A stretch of DNA of 64,000 nt from Gracilinanus agilis (GCF_016433145.1 NC_058134.1:48404388-48468387); one strand, 5' to 3'. Counted from the stretch's first letter, positions 35,585 to 50,180 are shown. Made by a program: numbers and translations. The notes: a model not told the origin generated them from the sequence alone.

Positions 35585-35990
35585 AATATGCATTTTTTGG
35601 CAGAAAAGAAACCGAAATAGAATTTATTTGTCCATTTTCTTTTTTGAAATTTTCTTTTTTAGAAAATTTTTCTATGGTTACATGATTTATGTTCTTACTC
35701 TCCCCTCCACCCATCTCACCCTCTCCAACCCCTATAGCCGACCCACATTTCCACTGGTTTTTACATGTGTCATCGATCAATCTATTTCCATATTATTGAT
35801 AGTTGCACTGGGGTGGTCATTTAGAGTCTACATTCCAAATCATGTCCACATCAATCCATGTGTTCAAGCAATTGTTTTTCTTCTGTGTTTCCACTCCCAC
35901 GGTTCTTCCTCTGAATGTGGATAGCGTTCTTTTTCATAAGTCCGTCAGAATTGTCCTGAATCATTGCATTGCTAATAATATGCATTTTAA
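35585..35990 (-). mobile_element. L1 3' UTR
   Basis: Reverse complement of the same 3' UTR seen at about 700-1040. Confidence 0.85.
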
Positions 35991-36395
35991 AAAACCTTTA
36001 CCTTTTGTGTTAGAATTGATACTAAGTATTGGTTCCAAAGGCATATGAGTGGTAAGCACTAGGCAATGGGAAGGGACATACCTAGAGTTACACTTCTGGG
36101 AAGTGTCTGAGGACAGCTTTGAACCCAAGACCTCCCATCTTTGGGCTTGGCTTTCATGTCACTGAGCCACCTACCTGAACCACAATATAAATTTAAAAAA
36201 AATCCTTTACCTTCCATCTTAAAATCAATACTTTGTATTGGTTCCAAGGCAGAAAAGTGGCAAGGGCTAGGCAATAGGGGTTCAGTGACTTGTCCAGAGT
36301 CACATAGCTGGAAGTGTCTGAAGTCACATTTAAATCCAGGACCTCCCATCTTTGGGCTTGGCTCTCATGTCACTGAGCCACCTAACTGCTCCACA
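35990..36395 (-). mobile_element. Two adjacent or nested SINE1-type SINEs
   Basis: Two reverse SINE bodies (gaacccaagacctcccatc..., aatccaggacctcccatc...). Confidence 0.8.
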
Positions 36396-37679
36396 GTATG
36401 AATTTTTAAGTAGATTCACATATATTGGTCTGTATTATATAGTACCAGGGAAGTTGCTATACAAATAAATGTAAAATTAATACATTTTGAGGCTAGTACA
36501 ATCTAAAGGCTGTTCAGATAAATAGGCTAGTTCAAACTCCAGCCAGATCTACCCTATAACAAAGAATCATGAGATAGGAGAGTTCCTCCCTCATCTTCTG
36601 TAGAATGGGGTAGGGTGGGTGATGGGGGCAAATTTTCAGGGTTTTAACAGTAAGAAAGAGGGAAAGAACCCATATGTACCAAAAGTATCTATAGCAGCTC
36701 TTTTTGTGATGGCAAAGAACTGGAAATTTAAAAGATTCCCATCAACTGGAAAATGGCCAAACAAAATATGATATACACAATGGACTATGACTGTTATAAG
36801 AAATTAAATGAAGCATGCAGTTTCAGAGAAACTTTGAAAGATTTCTATGAACTGATGTGAAATGTCATGAAGGGATACTGCAGAACAATTTGTATGATAA
36901 TAACAATATTGTAAAAATGAAGAACTTTGAAAAGAGTTGTGGCAGTGTCAAAGTAGAGAAGGGGATGTACTTGAGATATGTTACTAAGATAGAAATAACA
37001 GGTCTTGGCTTTGGGGATGAGGGCTAAGGGGCCATCAGAAGTTGATGTAGACACACCTAGGTTGCAAGCCTGGGGCATTGACGGGATAATAGCGTCTTGG
37101 AGAACAAGAGGGGAATTTGGAAGGAGGGAGGGTTCTGGGGGAAAGATAATGAGTTCAGTTTGGTATATGTTGAGTTTAAGATGTCTACAGGGACATAAGG
37201 TTCCAAATATTTGGACATGGATTCAATACGCAGAAGGAGGCATATAATTTTGGGCATGGCCAGTATGGGAATTTGTCTTGCTTGATTGTGCATATTTGTT
37301 AGAATGGTTCTGTTATGCCTCTTCTTTTTCCCTTTGGGAGAGGAAAAGTTAGGAGGGAGAGAAAATAAGTGCTTGTTAACTGAAAAAAAATTTTTTAATA
37401 ATTTGTAATCCTCAACATGCTATAGGAAAAAGAAATATCTCCTACCTTTCTCCTTCCCTCTTCTACTCTTTCACCCCATAAAATTAGGGGAATTTAGACT
37501 CTCTGGAAAGCAACATCTATTGCCTCTCTCACAAGACAAATTTCCCATCTCTAAAGGACAACTTAGTTTTTATATCGCCTTTTCCAAGATCCACACGCTC
37601 ACCTCTGTAGTGTTTAGAATATATATTAATTTGCAAAACCTTACAGAAGTGAATTATAGAAGATTATGAGCAGTAACAG

Positions 37680-38060
37680 GACAACAAAGTAGATAGAGTA
37701 CCAAGCCTGGAGTCAAGAAGACTCATTTTCCTAAGTTCAAATCTGGCCCCAGACACTTACAAGCTGTGTGACTCTGAGCAAGTCAGTTCACCCTGTTTGC
37801 CTCTGTTTTCTTCTCTATAAAATGAGCTGGAGAAGGAAATAGCAAACCATTCCAATATCTTTGCCAAGAAAACATCAAATCTGGCTTTGGACACTTACTA
37901 ACTGTGACTCTGGGCAAGTCACTTCACTCTGGTTGCCTCCATTTCTTCATCTGTAAGAACTGGAGGAGGAAGTGACCAACCATTCTAGTATCTCTGCCAA
38001 AAAAGTCCCAAATGGGATCACAAAGATTTAGACACAACTGAATAACGACTGAACTATGAC
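37680..38060 (+). mobile_element. MAR1-type SINE(s), partly duplicated
   Basis: CORE head plus gaaggaaatagcaaaccattccaatatctttgccaagaaaa RTE tail, twice. Confidence 0.8.
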
Positions 38061-38936
38061 AACATGAGCCATATCTTGATAAAGAGAGAAGATGGAGGGA
38101 AAAGGAGCCTGTCTATAGAAACTTTGGCATGAGACCCCTGTACCCCTGATAATTCCAAGATTGTTTGCATATTATCTTGGGAAGAGAATAACTAACTAAT
38201 AGACCACCAAATGAAAAAGATCTAGCCTTTCCATATGTGTCTATTTTCATCATGCGTGACAGAGGAAATATTGTATTTGGACTCTAATTTCCCAGGTCCT
38301 AATGAAACAATAGAAATAGAAATTAAGAAAATGAAGTCAAGAAAAGGAACTGAACCAGACCAGCATACTCCCAGGAGAACAATGCTGGAGTAGCACAATT
38401 TTGAAAGCATGGAGGCATCATTTTATTTTTGAGACACTAATTTTTAAAATATCTGAAAGAAGGAATGATATTCTACAATTCAGTAAATTAATAGATGGTA
38501 TTCTTATTAAGGAGACCATTGAGAGTATAGCAATACCTATTATTCTATATGCCAATTTCTTGTCCCCCAAAACTCTGTATGAGAATTATCTATACCCACA
38601 TCAAAGGTATCCTTGATGAAAGTCTGAGAAGAGAACAGATAAGCTTTCAAAATTGACTTTCTACAGCAGGATGCAGTCACACTACTGACTGAAAAGTGCA
38701 AACAATATGAAATTCCACTGTGTTCATTTATTGTTTATTAATTATTTTTAAAGTGTTCGATTCAAAAGAGCAAGATATAGCTGGAAGTACTCTCCTTTGA
38801 CAAGATATATCTCCTGTATATATAAAGATATAATTTTTAAAAATATAATTTATATACATATATAGTGTTTAAAGTTACATATATAAAATGTGCTTTTTAA
38901 AATTTACATATGTAAAATACATAAAATATAATTTTA

Positions 38937-39112
38937 AAATCCTTATCTTCTGTCTTAGAATTATACAAGTATGGGTTCCAAGGCAAAAGAATGATAAGGG
39001 CTAGGTAATTGGGGTTAAGTTCACATAGCTAGAAAGTATCAGGGGCCAGATTTGAACCCAGGATTCCCATCTCCAAGCCTGGCTCTTTATCTGCTAAGCC
39101 ACCTACCTGCCT
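38937..39112 (-). mobile_element. SINE1-type SINE
   Basis: Reverse SINE body. Confidence 0.75.
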
Positions 39113-42065
39113 CTACATCTGTTAATAGATGTAGTCAGTGACAAATCTGTTCAACAGTCTTCTGAGTATTACTGTATTATCAAATGAGTAATAATAATAA
39201 TAATAATAATAATATGATAGCTAACATTTATATAGCACCTATTATCTGTCCGGCATTGTACTAAGTACTTTAAAAATATTATCTTATTTGAGTCTCACAA
39301 TAAATTTTGGGAGGTAAATATTATTATTATCCACATTTTTAAGATGAGGAAACTAAGGCAGAAGGTTATATAACATACCTAGGATCATTCAGCTAGATTT
39401 GAACTCAAAGCTCTTTTTGACTCCCAATCCTAAACTCTATCTACTGCTAGGTAGCTATGGAGATCTCTTGAAGAAGTTTTACCAGGTGGTGGTGGTGGTG
39501 AGGGAGAGCAGCTAGTTGACACAGTGGATAGAGTATCAGGCTTGGAGTTAGGAAGACACTTTCTAGCTGGGCAAGACACTTAATCCTGTTTGCCTAAAAA
39601 AAAGTTTTACAGAAAGAAAGAGAAGGACCTCCCACAGGTTGAGAGGACATGGCTGGATCACTATCATTGATCTAAGGTCCCAGGGCACTGAGGTCTTGCA
39701 TTTTCCATAATGAGAGTCAATTCTGGAGGAAGAAGAGGGTAAAGTAAGATAAAGAAGGACACAAAAGTTATTTATATTTGACTATGAGATGCCCAGGCTT
39801 CCTTCAGTGCTTCCAGCATCTCTGACTCTCCTAGATCCTCCTCCTATCTTAGCTGTGCCCATCTTCCACTAATCACTGGATCAACCAGTCCACAAGCATT
39901 TACTATGAGTCGGGCAATGCGCTAAAGACATTTTTGTCTTTAAAAGCTTATAAAGAAAGGTCAAAACAGTCTCTGCCTTCAAAGAACTTATGTTCCAATG
40001 GCTCAGGCAATATCTAAAGAAATAGGTATATATAAACACATATAGAATATATACAGAATACATGGATATATACATACTGAATAGATGGCAAGCCACCTTA
40101 GAAGAGAAGACTCTAGCAGCTGAGGAATAGGGAAAATAGACTCTAGTCTGTCTAGGTGGGTTAGGGGAGGAGATTCCAGATAAGAAGAGCTAAACTAATC
40201 CATGGATTGGTGTGTCCTGGACCCTTTTGGCAGTATGGCGTGCAGCCAATGGAACTTTTCTTAGAATAACATTTTTATGTGCATGAAATAAAAAACATAG
40301 GATTACGAAGGGATTCAATAATATTTAAATAGTGATTATAATTTTTTTTCAAGTTCACAGATCCCAGAAAAGAATCTCCTTTAATAGATGAGGAAACTGA
40401 AGTCTAGTTAGGAACCAGATTACACAGGTAGCAAAATAAGTGATCAACTCATGACCTCTGAATCCAAGTCTAGGTTATATAGTGGTTAGAAGAGTAGGTC
40501 TTCAGTCAAAAAGACCTGAGTTTAAATCCATCACAAATACTAGCTGTGACACCTAGGCAAATCATTTAACCTCATTTTCCTCAACTGTAAAATGGAGGCA
40601 ATTAAAACACCTAATATCCAGGGTTGTTATGAGTCTTAAATGAGATATTTGTAAATGATTGCTACAGTCCCTAGTACATAGCAAGTCCTATCTAAATGCG
40701 TATTTCCTTCCCCTAGTGCCCTTTCTACTTTATAACACATTGTGTGGACTATTCTGAGTTTCTCTTTTCCAAGATATCCAGTATACCAAAAAGCATAGAA
40801 TAGTGGAAAGAAGCTTGCATTTGAAGTCAAGACAACCTGAGGCTTTAATGCCCAACCATGTTAATCTGGAAACGTCACTATGTCCCTAGGACTAGATTTC
40901 CTCATTTGGAAAATAAGAAGTTTGAACCAAATGACCTCGAAGGCCCTTTCCAGCTTTAAATCTATAACCCTCTGATTCTTCCATCCTAAATATGTTTCCC
41001 ATTGGGATCCTAAAGACATTCTACACAGGCTATTGGGTCAACTATGAACAAAGAAAAAATAATCAGTGGGATATATCCAGAGTCAAAAGACCTGGTTCTG
41101 CTACCCACTCAAACTTAGAGTTTCCCTCCTCTATAAATGATAGGGTTGGAACAGACAATCTATAAGGTTCTTTCCAGGTCTGACTTGTTTCAGCTTAGGG
41201 TTCCAGGATTCTAGCCATAATGGAACACTATAATCATTGCTATTCCCTAGACCTTTATGATAATGGGAGACAATTTGAACAATGGAAGGAAAGAAAGTGG
41301 GATTGAATTTCAAATCTGTGAGTACAGGAACTGGGAGAGAGCAACAGGAAATCCTGTGTGATAAAATTAGGGTCTATCTATCATTATTGTTATCTTCCAC
41401 CAAAGCACTGACTCTGCTGAGAAATTCAGGGTTTCCCCTCAACCGTCTCCCCAACTAAGCCTTAGTGAAAACCTGAACATCTGCTAGATTGAGGTCACTT
41501 GGGTTTAGAAAGCCCCTAAATTCAAGATGGGCTTCAGTCTTGAACAGAGCCTGGAAGGCAGCATGGACTGGTGTAAAGAATGTGGGCTCTGAAGCTGGAG
41601 GACTTGGCTTTCTTTTATACTATATGTGTGACTTTGGGCAAGTTTTTTCACTTCTCTGAGTTTCAGTTTCTCTCCCTGTAAAATGTAGGAGCTGACAAGA
41701 GAGTCTCCTAGCTAAAAATCTATGACCAATCAGATAATCAGTCAGAGTGGGTTGACTGCACTTGTACTATTTCAATAGTAGAAACAACTCAGTTTAACCA
41801 AGTTAGAAAGAATAGTTAAAACAGGAAGCTATCTCTCGCTACTCTCTCCCCAAATGAAGTTCGCCTCAGTCTTATTCTATCCTACTCTGCCCTGCAGCCA
41901 AGCACCCCTGTCTTCCCTCTTCTCAAAATGGGGGACTGGCAATCTGGACTCTCTTTATGCTCCCAGAATCTTCCAACATAAGGGCATTGTCTGTGAGTGA
42001 GGTGGAGCTCCTCATCCCAATTGAATTTGTCTTTAAAACCTGACTGGGGGGAAGGGGAGGAAGAA

Positions 42066-42265
42066 AGGCAGCTAGGTGGTTCAGTGGATTGAAAGCCAGG
42101 CCTACAGACTGGAGGTCCTGGATTCAGATTTGACCTCAGATACTTCCTAGCAGTGTAACCCTGGACAAGGCACTTGCCCCTATTATTTGGCCCTTACTGC
42201 TCTTTTTCCTTGGAACCAATAGACACTATTGAGTCTAAGATGGAAAGTAAGGGTTAAAAAAAGAA
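42066..42265 (+). mobile_element. SINE1-type SINE
   Basis: ggcagctaggtggttcagtggattg head through the A tail. Confidence 0.8.
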
Positions 42266-42479
42266 AAAGCTGATGGGGAGGAGTGGGAACACATTTCTTG
42301 CCTGGGATTCCCAAATGGTCAGACTCTGTCTTGAGGTAACCTATCAGCTTGCTGGTACAAGAGCATCAGAGTAGACATAACTTGCCAGAGCCTTCACACC
42401 TACCTGTGGAAGAAAAGTAGTCTTTCTAAAAGGCCTCCAGAAATTGTTTTTAGAAGCAAGCCTCCTTAAACAAGCTTCG

Positions 42480-42720
42480 TTGTTGTTGTTGTTGTTGAGT
42501 TGTGGTCAACTTTTTGTGGCCCCGTGGACCATTTTAGCCGTGGTGTTTCTTGGTAAGGATGCTGACGTGCTTTGCTATTTCCTTCTGTGGATTAAGGCAA
42601 ACAGAGATTAAGTGACTTTCAGGGTCATGCAGCTAGGATGTATCCAAGACCAGGTTTGAACCTGGGTCTTCCTAACTCCAGGTCCAGCACTCTATCCACT
42701 GAGCCATTCAGCTCCTCCTA
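42480..42720 (-). mobile_element. MAR1-type SINE with (TTG)n tail
   Basis: Reverse RTE tail plus CORE. Confidence 0.7.
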
Positions 42721-43499
42721 AGGCTTCTTTATAAGCTCCAAATTAGTCAGTCTCTCCAGTTAAATTGATGGACAGCACACCATTTCCCCACCACTCTATC
42801 TTTGATTAAAAAGATCTCAGCACCCCATTAGAGTCTTCAAAACTTATCAAAGACATCGGAATGGTTAGCAGTTACCTTGTACTCAGAAATGTGGTTTTCA
42901 GTGTCTGGGGAGATCCTAGGGAAATCTAGAACACAGAGTCCTTTTCTTGTATTGTTGGATTTTTGGAAAGTGGATGTTCTGGAGAGATCTCAAAATGGCC
43001 CCAGAAAAAGGACCCTGGGAGGGTAGGCTCGGACTCCACATTTATTCCTAGCAGAAGAGCAAACATTGGTTTCCCTCTTTCTTCCTCCTCTTCAGCCTCT
43101 TCTTTCATATGTCATTTCCCCTCATGTTCTTATAGAAAAGAAAATACTCAGAAAAGGGAAGGAACAAGCATTTACATAGGGCCTACAATGTGCCAGGCAC
43201 TGTACTAAGTGGTTTACAAATATAATCTCATTTGATCCTCACCACCACCTTGCAAATTAGGAACTATTATTATTTCTATTTTATGGATGAAGGAATTAAG
43301 GCAGCAATGGTTAGGTGACTTGCCTGGCACACTGGTAAGAAATAAGTGAGGTTGACTTTGAGCTCAGGTCTTCCTGGCTCCAGGTCCAGCACTCTATCTA
43401 CTGTACCATCTAATTGCCCTATTTAGGTGGGGACATAAAGAGTTATGATACAGAATAAAGCTGAACATTATCATGTTTGACCCCAGAAGGCTTGAACTC

Positions 43500-44591
43500 A
43501 AGGCAACCTCAAATGAAAGCAGCATATGTGAAAAACCCTCCCCAAATGGCACCTGGCTGATAAGCATTGCTGTGGAAAGGAACCAGATGCTAGCCCAGAG
43601 TATGCCAGTCGATTACTGTTAAAAAGGAATGAGAGACAGAGAAGATATATCTTTTTTGAGTGTGATATCCTATAGATCTTCCTCTCTAGATCTGGGAGGA
43701 TGGATGGTATATAGATCTTAGAAATAGTAGGAATGAAGGAGGGATCAGGAGCCCAAGGTCTAAGCCAGCTATAATTGCTGAAGGAGGAATACACACTCCT
43801 TTCACAATAGCTATGGATGTAATCTATCCTTCTCCCTGACAGGCTTGGTTGGTTAAGCCTGTCAGTGGCTTCCTTCTAACAGTTGCCCAGGTTGGGACCC
43901 TTGAGAGGTTAGGTAGATGGTTAATCTCACTAGGCCCAACCTGAGGTTGGATTAGTTGTTAATAGGCTATTGATTGGCTATTAGAAATGTTGGTATCTGA
44001 CTGTGATAGAATAACCGCTCATGAAAGTTACTTGTTGGTAAATCACTGTATTAACTCTTAATGGGGAAAGGAAAATAAGGTAATAGATTTTGGGATTGGG
44101 AACTCTATTGCTATTGTTCGGCTACTAAGCTAATTGTTGATCAGGGCTGGAGTTTGCTAGGCTGGCAGAGGCTGGAAGTCTTCACCCTCTCACTAACTCT
44201 GACCTGACCTGACCACAGCCAAGCCAGAGATTAGGGAAGGCTATTGATGTTGATGTTGATTGATAATCTATATATTCTCTCAGCTCTAATACTAATAGTG
44301 TTGATGGATCACTAGCTGTCTCTCAGTCAGGTACAAGTTACAGGTTCAGGCCTAATCTCCATTTCCACCCTTCACCTCCCTCTGTCCCAGTTCTTGCTCT
44401 AAGAGACTTTTGCTCAAGTCTCAGCTCTGAGTTCTGAGACCTCAACTGTTGTTCCTAGGGGGTATTTGTAGGGTGGGGCCAACCGACTTTTGCCCCTGGC
44501 TCATGGCATCTGGGAACATTCCAAATTCTCAACTGCCATCCTTTTGTCAGTCAAGATGGCATCCATCTTATCCCAGATAATGATTTTAACA
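43500..44591 (-). mobile_element. ERV LTR with probable adjoining internal or leader remnant
   Basis: Minus strand starts TGTTAAAATC at 44591; LTR-like TATA/CCAAT organisation; downstream boundary uncertain. Confidence 0.55.
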
Positions 44592-45550
44592 CTACGTGTT
44601 TGGATGTTCGGGACTCTGTTCTGGGAGAAGATCCAGAAGAAAGATGTTCAATCTCCCATCTTGGAGTCCTGAACATGAGGAGGGCAGAATGGGATGCCTG
44701 GTCTTAGGCTGTCTGCTCTCCTCTTTCTTTTGGGGGCTTTGATGAGCTGCTGCCATGGTTACTGATGCTGCTGCCACTGAGTAGAGTGATAGGTTGCTAA
44801 AAGGCATGGTGGCTGGTGAGCCAATGGTAAGAAACATCAAAGTAGTTCCCATTCATTGACCAAGTCCCCTTTTTCTCTTACTTCCTATGAAGAGACAGAG
44901 AAAATGGGGGAAAAAACAATTCTCTCCCTGAGACTGGGCAGTGTGAGTGCCCCTTCTATCCATTGCTTACTCTCTTTTCATTGCTGTTGGTTGAAGCCCT
45001 TTCTAGAAAAGAAAATCTGGCAGCTACTAATCCTAGAGGCTTTGGTAGGGCCATGTAAAAAAACAAAACAAACCATCTGGATCTCAGTAGGGGGAGAAAC
45101 CACCCTTCCCTACTCAATGTAGTTGAGACTTGTTGAGGGTGAGGGAATATGAGCAGACAGTGACTCCCTTCAGAATCCACAAATGCAGTGGCAAATAAAG
45201 TTCTCACTTTCATTCCTACATAGGTTTGCTCAGGTTCTTCCCTATATCTATTATGTCCTCACAGCCTGTTGGACTTAGGCTATCCTAGAAGAAATGGATT
45301 ATGTGTTGGGCTCTAACTATCTCTTTGGTTGGTTATAACTTTGCCCCTCAGGCATCTTGTAGAACTTTGGTGGACAGCTCCCTAATAACTTTGTTAGAGA
45401 CTTCTTTTTAATAGTTTACCTCCCCACCTTTTTTTTCAATTAGACCAGAGTTCCACTAATGCAGGGAACTTATTTTAACTAAACTTTGTACTATTCCAAC
45501 ATCTAACATAGAGTTCATCAAACAAGAGGCACTTAATAATGTTAGATGAT

Positions 45551-45701
45551 GGGGGCAGCTGGGTAGCTCAGTGGATTGAGAGCCAGGCCTAGAGACGGGA
45601 GGTCCTAGGTTCAAATCCGGCCTCAGACACTTCCCAGCTGTGTGACCCTGGGCAAGTCACTTGACCCCCATTGCCCACCCTTACCACTCTTCCACCTATA
45701 A
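45551..45701 (+). mobile_element. Young SINE1_Mdo, 3' end lost in an assembly gap
   Basis: Near-consensus head and core with CpGs retained, running into Ns. Confidence 0.9.
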
Positions 45702-45843
45702 NNNNNNNNNNNNNNNNNNNNNNNNNNNNNNNNNNNNNNNNNNNNNNNNNNNNNNNNNNNNNNNNNNNNNNNNNNNNNNNNNNNNNNNNNNNNNNNNNNN
45801 NNNNNNNNNNNNNNNNNNNNNNNNNNNNNNNNNNNNNNNNNNN
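45702..45843. other. Assembly gap (N run)
   Basis: Direct reading. Confidence 1.
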
Positions 45844-46799
45844 NCAACTGTATGACCCTAAGCAAGTCATTTAACCCTGATTGCCTAGCCTTTACCACTC
45901 TTCTACTTTGGAACACAAGGTAAGTGGTTTAGGTTTTTTTAAGCATAGCTTAAGCAGAACAAAAGAGCCCATTGTCCATGTCATTTTGTTCCTGCTACCC
46001 AGCTCTTATGCAGAGCAGAGAGGTGTGTTTTATACTATCACTAACAGGAAATCAAAGCAAGCCACAACACTAATCAGAGTCTGGGCATTTTTTAATGTTC
46101 TTTTCCTTTTTTGTTGGTGGTCATTGTGGTCATTGCTCTCTCAGTTTTAGTCATTTCAGTGTAGCAGTTCATAGAAATCTTATCAAATTTCTCTGAATTT
46201 TTAATGTTAGTGGCTTCTTACAGCACAATAATATTGTACTGCTTTCATATATCACAATTTGTTATTACTTTCCCCAATGGACAGTCATTCACTTTATTTC
46301 TAGTTTGAATTTTTTACTGCCAAAAAACTACTGCAAATATTTTTTGCATATATGAGACCTTTCCTTCTAGGAAGGAAAGGTATGTACTTTGTGAAGTACA
46401 TACCTAGTAGTATGGGCATATCTATATTACTTTTACACCAAAGACTATACAATTTAGTGACTTTTCAGTATAGTTTCAAATTGTTTTCTATAAGTATTAC
46501 ATCATCACAATTTTGCCAATAATGCATTAGAGTACCTGTCTTCCTATAGCCCTCCAACACTTATCATTTATCATTTTAGTCTTGTCTTCCTTCCCAGTCT
46601 TATGAGAACAAGGCAGAACCTTAGAGTTGTTTAAATTTGAATTTCTCTTTTCAGTGATTTAAAATATTCTTTCATTTGGTTGTTGACAGTTAATGGTTCT
46701 TTTATAAATTCCTTCATCATATCACTTGATCAATTATCTACTGAAGAACAATTCTTATTCTTATATATATTTATCTTAATTCTGTGAGTGTGTGTACAT

Positions 46800-47050
46800 A
46801 TTTATTATTTAGTTATTCAGTTCTGTCTGACTCTTCATGACTCCATGGACCATAATGTCCTCAGGGTTTTCTTGACAAAGTACCTAGAGTTATTTGTCAT
46901 TTCCTTTTCCAGCTCATTTGACAGATGAAGAAACTGTGGCCAACAGGATGAAGTGACTTTCCCAGAGTCACACAGCTAGTAAGGGTCTGAGATCAGATTT
47001 TCATTTAGGTATTTCTGATTTCAAGCTCAGTGCTCTATCCATTGTGCCCT
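46800..47050 (-). mobile_element. MAR1-type SINE
   Basis: Reverse RTE tail and CORE. Confidence 0.75.
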
Positions 47051-47741
47051 GTTATATACATATACATACATATATATGCACACAGTGGGAAATAAGATAT
47101 AAATTATAGATATATTCACATATATAAATCTATCATATATTTATTTAATATTGATAGTTAATGTCTATAATATGGATAGGTAATATTGATTATATATCTA
47201 TAGCTATCTTGTATGAGAACTTTGTCAGAGATTTCTAATGCAAAAAATTCTCCCTGTCAGTAGTTTCTCTTCTTATCCTAGCTGCATTAATTTTGTTTGT
47301 ATGTTTAAATTTTATGTGAGAAAAATTGTCATAGTTGTGAAAGTTTTTTCCTTCTATTCTCCATTTGTATTTAAGCTATATATCTTTTTGGCACTTATCG
47401 TAGTACAAGATAGAAAAAGTTGGTCTAAAACTAATTTCCATCAAACTACTTTCCAATTTTTCCAGTAGTTCTTGTCAAATAGAGGAAACTTGACACAGTC
47501 AAGTATTCTCGTGTTTATTGAACATCCAGCTTTGTTGGGTTAGCTTTCCTTAGCTTGGTTTCCAAGCTACTTCGAAGTCATCTCCACAACAAACCTACTT
47601 TCTCCATTTCCAGCTCCTTCTTAGATTTCATCTGCCTCCATTATAATGTAATATCAAAGAGAGCAAGGATTATCTTTTTGCTCTTTTTATCCTCAGAATC
47701 TAACACAGTGCCTACTTGGCACATAATAAGTGTTTAACAGA

Positions 47742-48000
47742 TGGGGCAGCTAAAGTGGCCCATTGATAGTGTGCTGGGCCTGGAATCATAAAGACTTCTC
47801 TTCCTGAGCTCAAATCTGACCTCAGATACTTATTTTTCTGTGTGACCCTGGGCAAGTCACTTCACCCTGTTGGCCTCGGTTTTCTCATCTGTCAAATGAG
47901 CTGCAGAAGGAAATGACAAACTACTCCACTATCTTTGCCATGAAAATCCCAAATGGAGTCACAAAGACTTGGATATGACTGAAAACAACTAAACAACAAA
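47742..48000 (+). mobile_element. MAR1-type SINE
   Basis: CORE head and gaaggaaatgacaaactactccactatctttgcc tail. Confidence 0.8.
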
Positions 48001-49849
48001 AGATACTCTACTTATCTACCTGTCTACTACACTTGATTCCTTCTGGCTCTTGTTTACCTAATCTGTTCTATGGATCAATTTTTTCCTCTTTTCTTTTTAA
48101 CCATGACCAAATTAATGCTTCATAACATACTTTGACATCTGGCAATATAAGGCCCCCTTTAGTCCTATTTCTTCAGCTCCTTTCCCTTGACATTTGTTGA
48201 CTTTTCTTCTTCTTCTTCTTCCCAATTAATTTTGTTTCTACTTTGTCTAGTTCTAGACAAAGTAATTTGGTTAATATTTCAACAAATCTACGAATATTTA
48301 TTATGTTAGTGTGACCCAGTCAAGAATAAAGTCTTTCCAATCATTTATCTTCCTTTATTTCTGAAAAGAATATTTTGCATTTGAATTAAACAGTACCTCT
48401 AATTTTCTAGATGAGGAAGTGGAGACCTAAAGCAATCAAGTGACTTGCCTAGTCAAGTAATAAGACCAGTGATTGAGAAAGCCAAGATTGGAATCTGTTC
48501 CTCTTGATTTCCATTTTCTTCCTCTGTAAAACTAAAGGATGACATAAGATCATCTCTAGTGTTCTTTTCATCTCTAAATCTACCACACTGCTATTTAACA
48601 GATTTTTTTTAAAACGTACTTACTTGTTGTTTACCTACAGCAATAAAAACAAATTTCGCCCTTCATTAAAAAAACCAAATGAATAAATCAATCCATTTCC
48701 TGTCTATTCTAAAGCTAGGCAGGAGAGATGTTTGATCTATGGTGCTTGGTTTCCTTTGTCACTAAGGTTACTTGCTACTGACACGGTGACCACTGATTCA
48801 AATGCAGTTAAGGGCATAGTGTATTACATTTCAAAAGTCATATTTCTATGAAATTTAAGCCGCATTGTGTGCAAATTCTGTGAGAAGAGTGGGAAAGCAG
48901 CAAAGATAAACTTCAGAGGTGGGAGGAAGCAGGTGTATCACTGCTGTACCGGAAGAATATGTTGGCATTTCCAATACCAAGACTGTATACAGAGCTTGCT
49001 TTGTTAAGCAATAAGGTAGAAACGAAAGCCCTTAGGACATTGTAGATGTAGAGTGACCAAAGCAGACCCAGGAAGATAAGAGTAATAATAAGAGCCAGCT
49101 TACTGTGTGCTAAGTACTGTGCAAATCACTGGGCATATTCATTCAACTATTGATTATTGTGTGCTCTGTTGGGATGGCTCCCTTTCATGAGAGTAAATCA
49201 AGAAATTGTTTCCCATCTATGTAAGAATTATGTGCTAGGGAAGTCCTGGGTTCAAATCTGGCCTCAGATACTTCCTACCTGTATGATCCTGGGCAAGTCA
49301 TTTAATCCCCATGTCCTAGTCCTTACTGCTCTTCTTCCTTGGAACCAATACCCAGTATTGACTCTAAGACAGAAGGTAAGGGTTTTTTGTTGTTGTTGTT
49401 GTTGTTGTTTTTAAAGGGAGAAGTTAATAAACTCTAATGAGGTTGGTTTTGATTCCTGGGGAAAGACTAGAACAAATTATTAGGGTCCTTTTTATGAGCT
49501 GTTTTGAGGTCCAGGCAAAGAGTGTACCATCAGGAAATTGGTCCATGATGAACACATGCCACAGAGTAAATGAATCCTCTGTACCTGATAGGACATTCTG
49601 AGACCTTTATCTTTCCCTTAGGGCATGCCTCTGGTAAGTAGAATTGCTCTCTCTGCCTTCTACCTCTTATTGGCTTGTGGCTTTTCCCCCCCTTGTCTTC
49701 AAGCAGGAGAAATGTGCATGGTATAATGGGAAAAGAGTAGGTGCTCTGTCATTTACTGGTGGGAAGACCTTAGCAATATCTATAGAGTCTTAATATCTAT
49801 AGGCTGCAATTGGTTGGGTTTTGTTTTGTTTCTGTAGAATGAGACTGAA

Positions 49850-49976
49850 GCCAGATATGATAGCACATGCCTGTAATCCTTGCTACTTGGAAGGCTGAGG
49901 TTGGTGGATAGGATGTTCTGAGCTGTAATATTGAGTAGCTTAAAACCAATTGAGTGTCCACACAAAGTTCTGCCAT
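49850..49976 (+). mobile_element. 7SL RNA-derived fragment (P7SL-type pseudogene/SINE), 5' part only
   Basis: gccagatatgatagcacatgcctgtaatccttgctacttggaaggctgagg...gagtgtccacacaaagttctgccat follows the 7SL 5' sequence (GCCGGGCGCGGTGGCGCGTGCCTGTAGTCCCAGCTACTCGGGAGGCTGAGG...GGGTGTCCGCACTAAGTTCGGCAT), CpG-decayed. Confidence 0.78.
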
Positions 49977-50180
49977 GTTTTCATTGAACTTTTAATAACT
50001 ATACTTTGATTTTAGCCTTCCAATCATCTCTAAATCCATCTAATTTTGGACTACCTTGTTCATATCTCTCCATCTTCTCTCTAAGAATATTAGGAGGTAT
50101 TTTATTAAAAGATTTGCTAAAATCTAAGTAAACCATGCCCATTTTGCTCCTTAATCATTGCTTCAAAACTAAAGTAATAT

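Noticed and set aside
44592-44852. 86-aa minus ORF next to the LTR
   Set aside because: No recognisable homology; probably an ERV-internal or random frame.
45589-46150. ORFs spanning the N run (likewise 59465-60037)
   Set aside because: Artefacts of unknown bases. Both gaps start in young SINE tails, and the 59.6-kb gap appears bracketed by the SINE TSD, so little is likely hidden.
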